DNA of 64,000 nucleotides from Methanomethylovorans hollandica DSM 15978 (GCF_000328665.1 NC_019977.1:1302001-1366000), one strand, 5' to 3'. Counted from the stretch's first letter, positions 20,632 through 30,867 are shown. Translations and numbers: made by a program. Notes: generated from the letters alone by a model not told the origin.

Positions 20632-21108
20632 TCACTTCGCAATATCAACAATACAACCTTCTGGGAATATCATTCTAAATATAAAACCAACAAGTGGACC
20701 TGCAACAAACACTACCAGAGGATACGCAAATACAGCACTGATAGCAAGATTAGAGATCCAGGTTAAAGGTAGGTCTTTTGAAAAACCAACTGTTGAAATT
20801 GAAAAAAATAATGACATTAAAGTTGCCATTCCACCAACAAAAACTAATGCAGTTATACCTCTTTTCTGAAAAGAGGTGTGATGGTGTTTGTGTAATTTGA
20901 ACACTAATTTCATCCCATACCTTGCTACAATAAAATATTCAAGTGTAAATGCCACTATAAAAGTAAGAGGGAAACTTAACCAAGTCACTTTAATTATATC
21001 TGCAGAAAACCCTTGATGGATTGTTGTGTTGTATGCTGTCATTACAAATGCCATAAAGCAAACAAAAATAAATGTATGAATTAAATTTTCTTTTTTATTT
21101 TTTATCAA
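20632..21108 (-). CDS. DUF2798-like membrane protein
   Basis: Two hydrophobic repeats: FMAFVMT...W...F and MATLMS...W...AYP...AGPLV. Confidence 0.65.
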   Translation of the reverse strand: MIKNKKENLIHTFIFVCFMAFVMTAYNTTIHQGFSADIIKVTWLSFPLTFIVAFTLEYFIVARYGMKLVFKLHKHHHTSFQKRGITALVFVGGMATLMSLFFSISTVGFSKDLPLTWISNLAISAVFAYPLVVFVAGPLVGFIFRMIFPEGCIVDIAK

Positions 21109-21443
21109 ATTCTCACCTTGTGTGCGTGAAAAAATTATACAACATAAGAAAGTTTAACACAAGGAGTGTTTATGTATATCAAAAAAGTTGACATCTTCTT
21201 ATAGCCACGACATAGTAACAGATAAATGATAAACTTAACGCTATTGTTTTTATTGGCACGTCCCTAAAATGTTGAAAAATATGATGGTCCTGTACCTGAA
21301 TAGACTGAGGTGCAGGGAAGTTACAGCAAAATAGAGAAACTGTCCAAGTTCGCACCCTAAACAAAACCTTGTTCCAATAAATATAAATACATATTTAACA
21401 TCTGCAGCTTTTAATATTTATTAAAATCTGTGAAAGGAATAAG

Positions 21444-21761
21444 ATGGAATGGATTATTTTAATAATTGCAGGGTTATTTGAAACAGCTTGGGCGATAGGT
21501 CTGAAATACAGTGACGGATTGACCAGATTCTATCCAATGGTATTTACGGCCATTACTTTGATTTTAAGCATGTATCTATTGGAAAGAGCTTTGAGAACAC
21601 TGCCTGTTGGCACAGCTTATGCAGTTTGGACAGGTATCGGTATTATTGGCACAACAATATTGGGAATATACCTTTTCAATGAGTCTGTCAACATAACACG
21701 TATCTTCTTTATCGGATTGATCGTTGTTGGTATTGGCGGATTAAAACTGGTATCACCCTGA
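21444..21761 (+). CDS. sugE: SMR family exporter, SugE/Gdx-like
   Basis: WIILIIAGLFETAWAIGLKYS, LPVGTAYAVWTGIG. Confidence 0.88.
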   Translation: MEWIILIIAGLFETAWAIGLKYSDGLTRFYPMVFTAITLILSMYLLERALRTLPVGTAYAVWTGIGIIGTTILGIYLFNESVNITRIFFIGLIVVGIGGLKLVSP

Positions 21762-21799
21762 TCACCTGTTTCCCTTGAGTACAATACTCTGATCCATGA

Positions 21800-22297
21800 G
21801 TGAGAAAAATGAATGATGTTGAAGAAAAGATAATTGACATCGGTCAGGAGATATTTAAAGGCTATGGAGTCGATGATATCACTGCACTGATCCTATCGAT
21901 ACTTAACTTTGAATCAAATGAGATAAGTATGGAGGAATTAGCACAGAGAACCGGATATAGTCTTGCTTCCATCAGCCTTAAGATCAAGCATATCGAACAA
22001 TTCTGGAGCATAAAGCGGGTATACAAGCCAGGATCCCGCAAAACATATCTGTATATGGAAAAAAACCTGTTAGATGCCTTTGCTACACAAATCAGGAATG
22101 GATTTGCAACCGAATTGGACATTGCAAAAAAGAAAATAAAGCCCCTTATAGAAGAATATAGGGAAAATGCCATTACACAGGAACAAAAAACAAAGCTCCA
22201 TACATATGAGAATTATCTATCTGAAATTAATAAGTTCGAAGCATTGATCCATTATATCTATCAACAAATTGATCATCTGAAAAATAATCAAGTTTGA
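21800..22297 (+). CDS. GbsR/MarR-like wHTH regulator
   Basis: ISMEELAQRTGYSLASIS...KPGSRKTY. Confidence 0.8.
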   Translation: MRKMNDVEEKIIDIGQEIFKGYGVDDITALILSILNFESNEISMEELAQRTGYSLASISLKIKHIEQFWSIKRVYKPGSRKTYLYMEKNLLDAFATQIRNGFATELDIAKKKIKPLIEEYRENAITQEQKTKLHTYENYLSEINKFEALIHYIYQQIDHLKNNQV

Positions 22298-22463
22298 TCT
22301 ATTACTAACTCCAGGTCACATAGAACGATGGCAAAGTGCTGTATTGATATAAATGTAGCTTAAGTAGGATACTTTAAAAACATGAATCGAAAAACAGAAA
22401 AAAGACCACCGTCCGCAGCCCGTGTTTTGGGTTTGCATGACGGTTGGTAGATAGGTCTGCCTT

Positions 22464-23213
22464 TTATCCGATGTAGTATGTGACCTGTACTGAAATTGAA
22501 ACAGTGGACTCTCCTGGCTCAATTGGTGTGGCAACAGGTCCTGCTGCTGCATCTGCTGCTGCTTCTGGCACTGCATAGTAGACCTTGGAGTTTCCATTCT
22601 CGGATATGGATGCTGTCTGCACACCTTTAACCTTAAGATCCAGGCTGCTGGCAAGTGCATTGGCCTTTGTGGAAGCATCGGTTATGGCTTTGTTCATAAG
22701 GTCCTCACGGAGCTGTTCCTGCCTGTCATCAGATACTGAGAAGGAAATACTTCCTATCTGATTGGCTCCTGCAGCTGTTGACCTGTCGATGATCTCGCTC
22801 AGGTTGCCGAGTTTTGTGGTTGTGACCTGCACACTGTTGGATGCAGAGTAACTTGTGATATTCTGTTCTTTGTCATAGTTGTAGACAGGATACACAGAGA
22901 CATAGGATGTCTGTAGTTCCCGGTCCTCCAGACCCAATGCCTTGAGTTCTGTGACGACAGCGCTCATGAGGGCTGCGTTCTGATCAGATGCGGCCTTTGC
23001 AGTATCATCCTGGACCACCACACCTATGCTTAAGGTGGCTGTGTCAGGCACTACCTTCTCTTCTGCGTATCCGCTCATGGTTATTGTGTCTGCAGTATTT
23101 GATCCACTCTGCGAGATGGCGTATATCGTTAACGCCATCACCACAAGGACAACTGATAGCGCAATGATAGCTAAATAGGATCTATCTTTTTGATTTTCCT
23201 GTGACATTTTCAC
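22464..23213 (-). CDS. SIMPL (DUF541) domain protein
   Basis: N-terminal TM, VVPDTATLSIGV, AGANQIGSISF, IEPGE. Confidence 0.9.
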   Translation of the reverse strand: MKMSQENQKDRSYLAIIALSVVLVVMALTIYAISQSGSNTADTITMSGYAEEKVVPDTATLSIGVVVQDDTAKAASDQNAALMSAVVTELKALGLEDRELQTSYVSVYPVYNYDKEQNITSYSASNSVQVTTTKLGNLSEIIDRSTAAGANQIGSISFSVSDDRQEQLREDLMNKAITDASTKANALASSLDLKVKGVQTASISENGNSKVYYAVPEAAADAAAGPVATPIEPGESTVSISVQVTYYIG

Positions 23214-23371
23214 ACTCTCCTTGTTAGGTGCATTGTTAACCGGTGAGTCTGTCTTGTCATGGCCGGTTATTGCATGTTATATAGGGAGCTATACATATTA
23301 AAGAATTGGCTAAACTTCAGATGAACTTGCAGTTATATGCAAAGACTGATGACGATATGAATAAATTTAGC

Positions 23372-23641
23372 TTATTTCAACCCCGGAGCTTTTAAAGAGA
23401 TCCGGAATTCCCAGTTCAATTTATTTTTATTTACGGGTACGAAATTACATCTGACCATCGCTTCTTTAAACTGCTTATTTGTGATAAAGAAACCATCTTG
23501 GGATGCTTCGAACAAATTTTTAAGTGCATAACTAGTATAATTTTTATTTGGTGTTTTTTCAGGGATGATGTTTTGCATTATCCAATTGTATATGGTTTCT
23601 TTTTCCACATCGCTTAATTCATATTCACTCATATTGCTCAC
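23372..23641 (-). CDS. Hypothetical protein
   Basis: 89 aa ORF with globular composition (TSYALK...FITNKQFKEAM). Confidence 0.55.
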   Translation of the reverse strand: MSNMSEYELSDVEKETIYNWIMQNIIPEKTPNKNYTSYALKNLFEASQDGFFITNKQFKEAMVRCNFVPVNKNKLNWEFRISLKAPGLK

Positions 23642-23710
23642 TTCTGTCTTTCATATTCTCTCAGCAACGTACTACTAAGCTCTGCTCTCCTTTAATTACG
23701 ACCTGTAAAT

Positions 23711-23752
23711 CTATTGCTCTATAAACCCAACCTATTGATCTATAAACCCAAC
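23711..23752. repeat. 2 x 21-bp tandem duplication
   Basis: CTATTGCTCTATAAACCCAAC / CTATTGATCTATAAACCCAAC in a divergent intergenic region. Confidence 0.8.
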
Positions 23753-24022
23753 CCGGAATATTTTCTTTTACATAAGCATTCAAGATAAAAGGCTTATCTG
23801 TCTTATCCTTCCAAATTTTATCCTGATAAGTTCAAAATAAGGTCAATACAATTTACGTTACGATATTTTTTCTTTTCAGTATAAACTTACACTATTAAGT
23901 ATCCTGAAGATCTATTATCTACCACATTGCTAGAAAAAAGAAAAATGATTTTGTTTTTGTTTGATCTTGCACACAATGAGAAGCTATGCGAGAAACCAGT
24001 GCATAGTCCAGTGCAAAGCTGA

Positions 24023-25357
24023 ATGCACATGGGCATCATGAGAAAGGTGGAAAATATGGATTATATCAGTGATTTTTTTGGATTTATGAAAAAGGCGACA
24101 ACATCTGTTCAGACGGTGGATGCCATAAGAGAACGTCTGAAAGCTGCAGGTTTTATGGAACTGGAAATGAATGAGTCATGGATGTTGAATGGATCGGAGA
24201 AATACTATCTGACCCCCTATCCTTCCATGTTGGTGGGCTTTACTGTCGGAAGCGGTAAGTTTCCGATAAGAAGTGTGAAGATGATCGCTGCTCACACAGA
24301 TAATCCCGGATTTCGGATCAAACCCAATCCTGAGGTTAACAGTGAAGGAATGCTGACACTGAATGTGGAACGTTACGGCGGACCTATTCTGAACACATGG
24401 TTCGACCGTCCTTTATCCATCGCCGGAAGAATAGCCGTGAGATCCGATGAGGTGCTGAAGCCAAGAGTGATACATCTGGATTTTAAAAGACCTATACTTA
24501 TCATCCCTAATCTGGCCATACATATGAACCGCGAGGTCAATAAAGGAATAGAGATCAAGGTTCAAAAAGAAATGCAGCCTCTCTTGACCCAGTTGATTGA
24601 AGATGAGATTAAGGATAAATATCTGCTGAAACTGGTTGCTAAGGAGGCTGGGGTACGTTGTGAAGATATTCTGGACATGGACCTGAATGTATATTGTTAT
24701 GAAGAAGGCATGCTGGTGGGCTCAAATGAAGAATTTATTTCCTGTCCGAGGATCGACGATCTGTCCATGGTATACACTGCTATGGAAGCTCTTGTGGGAT
24801 CAAAGCATGAGCACGGGATCAACATGGTGGTATTCATGGACAATGAGGAGATTGGTTCTATGACCAGGCAAGGTGCTGACTCCGTGATACTGAGCAATGT
24901 TCTGGAAAGGATCCGTATGGGAACAGAGAAAACACAGAACACGGAACAAATATCCATCCATCAGGCGATGAACTTCTTTGTGATCTCTGCCGACTGTGCC
25001 CATGGGCTGCATCCCAATTACAGTGAAAAGAGCGATATCACCAATAAGCCTGTAATGAACAAAGGGATGGCCATTAAGATCAGTTGCAATCGTTCCTATG
25101 CATCTGAGGTGGATACTATTGCAGCTTTTCAGCAGCTGTGCGACAGGGCAGGTGTGAAATATCAAAAATTTGTGAACCATTCCGATCAACCAGGAGGAAC
25201 GACCCTGGGTCCTTTGATCAGCAAATATATGCCTGTTCATGTGGTGGATGTAGGAGTGCCGATGCTGGCAATGCATTCATCCAGGGAGTTGATGGGCAAA
25301 CAGGATTTCCTGGATTCCATCGGGATTTTCAGGACATTTTTCCAATTGCAGGAGTGA
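24023..25357 (+). CDS. M18 family (aspartyl) aminopeptidase
   Basis: AHTDNP, YGGPILNTWFDRPL, DNEEIGS, SADCAH..HPNY, LAMHS.RE. Confidence 0.93.
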   Translation: MHMGIMRKVENMDYISDFFGFMKKATTSVQTVDAIRERLKAAGFMELEMNESWMLNGSEKYYLTPYPSMLVGFTVGSGKFPIRSVKMIAAHTDNPGFRIKPNPEVNSEGMLTLNVERYGGPILNTWFDRPLSIAGRIAVRSDEVLKPRVIHLDFKRPILIIPNLAIHMNREVNKGIEIKVQKEMQPLLTQLIEDEIKDKYLLKLVAKEAGVRCEDILDMDLNVYCYEEGMLVGSNEEFISCPRIDDLSMVYTAMEALVGSKHEHGINMVVFMDNEEIGSMTRQGADSVILSNVLERIRMGTEKTQNTEQISIHQAMNFFVISADCAHGLHPNYSEKSDITNKPVMNKGMAIKISCNRSYASEVDTIAAFQQLCDRAGVKYQKFVNHSDQPGGTTLGPLISKYMPVHVVDVGVPMLAMHSSRELMGKQDFLDSIGIFRTFFQLQE

Positions 25358-25494
25358 CGTATATCACTCAAAAGTTTAAATTTTAAGATAGCTCTGTATC
25401 GCCTCTGTAGCAGACATTTCATTTCAGGAAACTAATAAGATTGGTATTTTTTTAAAGCTTCAATAGATTTACACAGAACCAAAAAAGAAAAAGT

Positions 25495-26280
25495 TCATAT
25501 TTTAGTTATTGGTGTGGAATTTTCTAAATAATATTCGAAAAGTTCTTTTGCCCACTCAAGAGCCTTTCTGGAGGTACATAATATGTACTTATTATCAACT
25601 TCTCCATTGGTTCTTAATAAACTCATCAGAAGGTGGGTATCATCAAATGTAAAGAACAAGACCCTCATATCCTTATTGTAAACATACATCTTGAAGTTAT
25701 CATTTTTAAGAAGGGTTTCAAACTCCGTATGATGTTCTGTTATTATTTTATCCAGCAGTTCCTGAGAGAAAATAAAGTAGCTACTGATATTATTCTCAAG
25801 CATTTCTCTAAGTAACGAGTCAAATTCAGGATAAAGAAAAGCAGTGACCGTATAGACCGAATCGGGCATTTTATTATTAACATGAAATAAACTATGGAAC
25901 GAAAATATATCTGTTAGAGACGGACTTACTATATCACAGTCCTTAAGCTCACCCATTCTCTTCAGGAGTTCAGATGGTATAAAATCAATTTCATGAGTAC
26001 TCCAGTAATCGATATCTATATCAAAAGTATCAAGAGTATCTAGTAAAGGGACCATATCATTGACAATGATTTTTCCAACGGTTGTCAACTCATAAATATC
26101 ATCATAGTGATCAACAAGATAGTGTTCTTCCAATATTTTGATCTGGGGGAGGAGTGCCTGTCTGGTAGTATCCAGAGATTTGAGCAGGTATTCGGTTTCC
26201 CTTGCTCTATCTCTCAGTAATAGAAGAACCATTTTTCTCTTCTCTGACAGGAAAAGAACATCAAGCAAATTTTTTTTCAT
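25495..26280 (-). CDS. wHTH plus DUF1724-type transcriptional regulator
   Basis: LFLSEKRK..LLLL, TRQALLPQIKIL, YELTTVG, ALEWAKELFEYY; family typical of Methanosarcinales. Confidence 0.85.
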   Translation of the reverse strand: MKKNLLDVLFLSEKRKMVLLLLRDRARETEYLLKSLDTTRQALLPQIKILEEHYLVDHYDDIYELTTVGKIIVNDMVPLLDTLDTFDIDIDYWSTHEIDFIPSELLKRMGELKDCDIVSPSLTDIFSFHSLFHVNNKMPDSVYTVTAFLYPEFDSLLREMLENNISSYFIFSQELLDKIITEHHTEFETLLKNDNFKMYVYNKDMRVLFFTFDDTHLLMSLLRTNGEVDNKYILCTSRKALEWAKELFEYYLENSTPITKI

Positions 26281-26498
26281 TTAGGTACATCCTTGAAGGG
26301 AACTATAATTTCAATTGCTCGTTACAAACAATCGACAATTAAAGGATCACAATTATTTAAAACAATTCTATTCTAAATAATATTTATTAAAAATATATGA
26401 AAACTAGTACGTATAAAAATATAGCACATATATGATGTTTTTCTGGTGCTAGTAAATGCTATGGAACTTGTAGGTGTCGGATCATGTTCCTGAAATAC

Positions 26499-26524
26499 AA
26501 AAAAAGCCATGGCTATACAGCCAT
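26499..26524 (-). terminator. Hairpin plus T7 tract ending the peptide-array transcript
   Basis: Minus strand ATGGCT-GTAT-AGCCAT-GGC-TTTTTTT. Confidence 0.55.
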
Positions 26525-26576
26525 TTGAGTCAATTAAAAGAGTTTATAAGGTGGTCACAAGGCTTCATCTTTGAGT

Positions 26577-26636
26577 TTACGCGTTCATGAAGCTTATTAC
26601 GGGATCGGACTCTACTCCGTCCTGAATGTACTTCAT
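26577..26636 (-). CDS. Putative 19-aa peptide, copy 3 (MKYIQDGVESDPVISFMNA)
   Basis: ATG...TAA spans 60 of the 68 nt of the repeat unit. Confidence 0.5.
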   Translation of the reverse strand: MKYIQDGVESDPVISFMNA

Positions 26637-26644
26637 CTTTGAGT

Positions 26645-26704
26645 TTACGCGTTCATGAAGCTTATTACGGGATCGGACTCTACTCCGTCCTGAATGTACT
26701 TCAT
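26645..26704 (-). CDS. Putative 19-aa peptide, copy 2 (MKYIQDGVESDPVISFMNA)
   Basis: Identical unit, 8-nt spacer ACTCAAAG. Confidence 0.5.
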   Translation of the reverse strand: MKYIQDGVESDPVISFMNA

Positions 26705-26712
26705 CTTTGAGT

Positions 26713-26772
26713 TTACGCGTTCATGAAGCTTATTACGGGATCGGATTCTACTCCGTCCTGAATGTGCTCCAT
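26713..26772 (-). CDS. Putative 19-aa peptide, copy 1 (MEHIQDGVESDPVISFMNA)
   Basis: AAGGAAG upstream; synonymous GAA/GAG difference from copies 2 and 3. Confidence 0.5.
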   Translation of the reverse strand: MEHIQDGVESDPVISFMNA

Positions 26773-26817
26773 ATTTAGGTCTACTTCCTTGTGACCAATT
26801 TATAATATCTAACTAAT

Positions 26818-26825
26818 CGTATAAA
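26818..26825 (-). promoter_or_regulatory. Candidate TATA box for the array transcript
   Basis: TTTATACG on the minus strand, centred about 25 nt upstream of the 11-bp stem core starting at 26797. Confidence 0.45.
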
Positions 26826-26924
26826 TCACTGACGGTCATATAACTCTGAGTTATTTGAGGAGGTTACGCAAATTTCAAAATTGTGTCTGCAAGCTTTGAA
26901 TACGCCCGGAGAATCAGAACCAGA

Positions 26925-27806
26925 TTAACTGTTTCTGACTTCCCAATCCCCTACAAGAGGTGTGACGCCTGTCCATCCGAGGCCTACAACTTCAAATCCA
27001 CCACCTTTCATCAGCATGAAGTTGTTTCCATTACGATTATAAAGACCGATCTTCTCTTCACCGTCGCTTCCCCAATCGCCCACAATCGGTTCAGTACCTT
27101 CCCAGCCAAATCCTATCACAACTTCAAGAGCTTCATCTGAGCTTATATTAATGTCCCAAAGTGCCCAGGTACCTGCATTATCATATACACCGATGTCAGT
27201 ATCAATATCACCATTCCAGTCACCAACAACTGGAGATACACCAGCCCATCCCAGGCCAAAAATATGATAATTCATAGTATCTCTCATAATTAGAAAATTA
27301 TTGCCGGCTCGGTTATATATGCCGACCTCAGTGACTCCATCTCCATCCCAATCGCCTACTAACGGTTCAGTACCTGCCCAGCCGAACCCCACAAAATCTG
27401 CTGAATTGGTATCTGGGTTCCATAGAGCCCATGTACCTTCATTGTCGTACACACCTACCTCATCAGCACCATCTCCATTCCAGTCGCCTGCTACAGGGCT
27501 AACTCCTGCCCATCCCAGACCAATGACATCAAACCCTTGATCTTTCTGGATCAGGAAATTATTGCCTTCTCTATTGTAGGTACCGACCTCAGTGACACCA
27601 TCCCCATCCCAGTCACCTGCTATCGGTTCAGTACCTGCCCAGCCGAATCCCACAATATCTGCTGAATTGTTATCTGGGTTCCACAAAGCCCACGTACCAG
27701 CATTGTCATATACACCTACGGATTCTGCCAAGGCAATACCCATCGTCGTTAGCAAAATACACAAAAATATCCCAAAACGGATCAATCTGATCAGTTTTTT
27801 TTGCAT
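26925..27806 (-). CDS. Secreted FG-GAP/VCBS-like repeat protein
   Basis: Signal peptide; six GW.G..P..GDW repeats (mostly GDW.GDG) arranged as three larger modules. Confidence 0.8.
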   Translation of the reverse strand: MQKKLIRLIRFGIFLCILLTTMGIALAESVGVYDNAGTWALWNPDNNSADIVGFGWAGTEPIAGDWDGDGVTEVGTYNREGNNFLIQKDQGFDVIGLGWAGVSPVAGDWNGDGADEVGVYDNEGTWALWNPDTNSADFVGFGWAGTEPLVGDWDGDGVTEVGIYNRAGNNFLIMRDTMNYHIFGLGWAGVSPVVGDWNGDIDTDIGVYDNAGTWALWDINISSDEALEVVIGFGWEGTEPIVGDWGSDGEEKIGLYNRNGNNFMLMKGGGFEVVGLGWTGVTPLVGDWEVRNS

Positions 27807-28083
27807 TCATATCACCTCTTACATAAACAATACATGGTTTTAGTGGCCTTATCCCCAACAATCATTAAAATTTAGATGCACAAAAATATCTAAAATTAAA
27901 TACATTATGTTAAGACACGTCACTAGGCATTTTACATTTTGTAAAATATGGGACATAGCTAGTATAAGTAGCTAGCGAAAAAAATTTGAACCAGTCAATA
28001 TATGATTCTGTTGATCCTGAGCATAGTTATCAGACATAAAATATAAAAAGCATTAAAATACATTGAACACTTCGACATGTCTA

Positions 28084-29940
28084 ATGACAGCAGAAAAATC
28101 ACACTATCTCACGCCACATGAAGTGGCTAAAAAGCTCAGGGTCGAAACAAAGACGGTGCATACATGGCTGCAGGAAGGGACCATGGATGGATTAAAACTA
28201 GGTAGACTCTGGAGAATTCCACGCGCACAGCTGGAACAGGCAGATGATAACTGTTTTACAAAGAACACACATCTATTGAACATTAAAGAGATCCCGCGCA
28301 ATATGTGCGACTATAATAAGGTAAGAGAAGAATGGAACAATGAGATCCCTGAATATTTCAATTTCGGATATGACGTCATTGATGCCTGGGCAAAGGAAGA
28401 CCGTAATAAACTTGCCATGATCTGGGTCGATCAGCATGGTGAAGAGAAAAAGTACACCTTCAGAGACATGATGAAACTCTCCAATCAGGCGGCAAACATT
28501 CTTCTCAAATACGAGATCAACAAAGGAGACCGGGTCCTCCTGATGCTTCACCGTGTTCCAGAATGGTGGGTATTCGTAATTGCACTGATCAAACTTGGTG
28601 CTGTGGTATGCCCTTGTCCGACACTTCTGACACCAAGTGATCTTCAGTACAGGATCAATGCAGGTAAATTCAAAATGATCATCACTGACATGGAAAATGC
28701 ACCTAAAATCGATGAGATCAGAGATGAATGTCCGACTCTTAAAGAATGCATGGTTATCGACGGAGAAGCAGAGAACTGGATCAGTTTTCAATATGAACTC
28801 CTGTACCCTGCACCTGTTTCACATCACTCGGTATCAATACCGGCACTTACCCACTCCACAGACCCTATGCTGATCTATTTCACCTCAGGAACTACTGGCA
28901 AAGCCAAGATGGCACTTCACAACCATGCATATCCTTTAGGTCACAGGGTCACTGCAGAACTGTGGCAGGACCTTACAGAGAACGACCTGCATTTCACCTT
29001 CTCTGATACCGGCTGGGCAAAATGTGCATGGGGTAAAATATTTGGCCAGTGGATCGCTGGTTCATGTATCTTCGTGTATGACACCAGAGGAAAGTTCGAG
29101 GCAACTGAGCTGCTTCCGCTGATCGAGAAATATGAAGTCACAACCTTCTGTTGCCCACCCACTGTCTACAGAATGCTCATACTTGCTGACCTGAGCAAGT
29201 TCGATCTTGATCAGCTCCGTCACTGTTGTAGCGCAGGTGAACCGCTGAACCCTGAAGTTATCAAAGTCTGGAAGGAGGGAACAGGTCTTAACATCTATGA
29301 AGGCTACGGCCAGACAGAAACCTGCTGTGCTATCGCATCCTTTGCGTGCCTGGAGAACAAGCCGGGTTCAATGGGAAAACCTTCTCCGGGATGGAATATT
29401 GAGCTGCATGATGAGCATGGGAACAAGGTCAATAACTTTGAAGAAGGAAGGATCGCCATCTCACTTGATCCACGTCCTGTGGGTCTTTTTGTCAAATACC
29501 TTAATAATGATGAAGAGAATGAAAAATCATTCCAGAACGGATTCTATTACACCGGCGATAAGGCATATATGGATGATGACGGCTACTTCTGGTTCGTAGG
29601 CCGCGATGACGATGTCATCAAGAGCTCAGGATACAGGATAGGTCCTTTTGAAGTAGAGAGTGCGCTTCTTGAACATCCTGCTGTTCAGGAATCTGCTGTG
29701 ATTGGGTCTCCGGATAACATAAGAGGTATGATAGTCAAGGCTTTTGTTGTACTGAACGAAGGTTTTGAACCTTCGGAGAAACTGATACAGGAACTTCAGA
29801 ACCATGTGAAGCACACAACAGCACCATACAAATACCCGCGATCTATTGACTTCGTGCATGAACTGCCCAAAACCATCGGAGGTAAGATCATGCGAAAGAA
29901 ACTACGGGAAATTGAAATCAAAGAGCTTCAAAGTGAATGA
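28084..29940 (+). CDS. Acyl-CoA synthetase (AMP-forming) with N-terminal excisionase-type HTH
   Basis: YLTPHEVAKKLRV..KTVHTW...G.KLGRLWRIP (HTH_17); YFTSGTTG, YGQTE, GRDDDVIKSSGYRIGPFEVE. Confidence 0.9.
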   Translation: MTAEKSHYLTPHEVAKKLRVETKTVHTWLQEGTMDGLKLGRLWRIPRAQLEQADDNCFTKNTHLLNIKEIPRNMCDYNKVREEWNNEIPEYFNFGYDVIDAWAKEDRNKLAMIWVDQHGEEKKYTFRDMMKLSNQAANILLKYEINKGDRVLLMLHRVPEWWVFVIALIKLGAVVCPCPTLLTPSDLQYRINAGKFKMIITDMENAPKIDEIRDECPTLKECMVIDGEAENWISFQYELLYPAPVSHHSVSIPALTHSTDPMLIYFTSGTTGKAKMALHNHAYPLGHRVTAELWQDLTENDLHFTFSDTGWAKCAWGKIFGQWIAGSCIFVYDTRGKFEATELLPLIEKYEVTTFCCPPTVYRMLILADLSKFDLDQLRHCCSAGEPLNPEVIKVWKEGTGLNIYEGYGQTETCCAIASFACLENKPGSMGKPSPGWNIELHDEHGNKVNNFEEGRIAISLDPRPVGLFVKYLNNDEENEKSFQNGFYYTGDKAYMDDDGYFWFVGRDDDVIKSSGYRIGPFEVESALLEHPAVQESAVIGSPDNIRGMIVKAFVVLNEGFEPSEKLIQELQNHVKHTTAPYKYPRSIDFVHELPKTIGGKIMRKKLREIEIKELQSE

Positions 29941-30243
29941 CATTGGATAAGCAGATATAGAGAAGGAAAGAAAATATGTGGATGATACAATCATTTTTTA
30001 TTTATTTCTTTACTCTTACTGATCCTCTACATTTTTATCTCTTATCTTGTCTGTATCCAGTTTCCGGTTTCTTTTCTTCCTGAACCTGTGTCAGGATCAC
30101 AACTTATAAATAGGCTTCTTTTGCCAGTTTAATTTAAAGTTATAAAAATCAGCATAAAACTAGTTTTTAATTCCTGTACCCCATCAATAATATTTTACTA
30201 TAAAAAAGTATTTCGATAATAAAGGGGTTTTAATCTTTGGAAA

Positions 30244-30867
30244 ATGGAGAGAACAGAAATGAGCATTTTGATCAGGCAAGAAGAAGAGCATGACTTTAAA
30301 AATGTAGAACATATGACAAGAGAAGCATTCTGGGATCTTTACAAACCAGGATGTGACGAACATCTGGTATTACATAAAATAAGAAAAGTACCTGCATTTG
30401 TAAAAGAACTTGACCTAATTGCATGTGATGATGACCGGATTGTCGGCAATATAATCTATTCCAAATCTAAAGTCGTAAATGAAGAAAGCAGAGAATTTGA
30501 AGTTTTATGTATGGGGCCAATTGCAGTATTGCCCTCATGCCAAAAGCAAGGTATAGGTTCTTTATTGATGAATCATTCCCTTGAAAAGGCAAGACAGTTG
30601 GGATATAAAGCCGTAATTATTTTCGGAAACCCGGATTATTATCAACGTTTTGGTTTCAGAAATGCTGCAAAATATAATATTCAGACGTCTACAGGTGAAA
30701 ACTTTGACGCATTCATGGCATTGGAACTCTACGATGGCAGCCTGAAGGGTATTTCAGGAAAGTTCTATGCAGATGAAGTTTTTGAAACAGACGCAGAGGA
30801 ACTGGAAGAGTTTGAAAAAGGTTTTCCTCCTAAAGTTAAACATGTTACGGACACCCAATTAAAATAG
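30244..30867 (+). CDS. GNAT N-acetyltransferase
   Basis: MGPIAVLP..QKQGIGS, FGNPDYYQRFGF. Confidence 0.9.
   Translation: MERTEMSILIRQEEEHDFKNVEHMTREAFWDLYKPGCDEHLVLHKIRKVPAFVKELDLIACDDDRIVGNIIYSKSKVVNEESREFEVLCMGPIAVLPSCQKQGIGSLLMNHSLEKARQLGYKAVIIFGNPDYYQRFGFRNAAKYNIQTSTGENFDAFMALELYDGSLKGISGKFYADEVFETDAEELEEFEKGFPPKVKHVTDTQLK

Larger units (their letters stand above)
26544..26805 (-). repeat. 3 x 68-bp tandem array bounded by 19-bp imperfect inverted repeats
   Basis: Units start at 26563, 26631, 26699; flanks TTATAAGGTGGTCACAAGG (26544-26562) and CCTTGTGACCAATTTATAA (26787-26805). Confidence 0.95.

Noticed and set aside
21180..21443. Guanidine riboswitch upstream of the SugE/Gdx-like gene
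   Set aside because: No recognisable ykkC or twin ACGR-hairpin motif
26563..26766. 68-bp array as CRISPR or TIGR-like guide array
   Set aside because: Units are essentially identical with no variable spacers, and there is no adjacent effector gene
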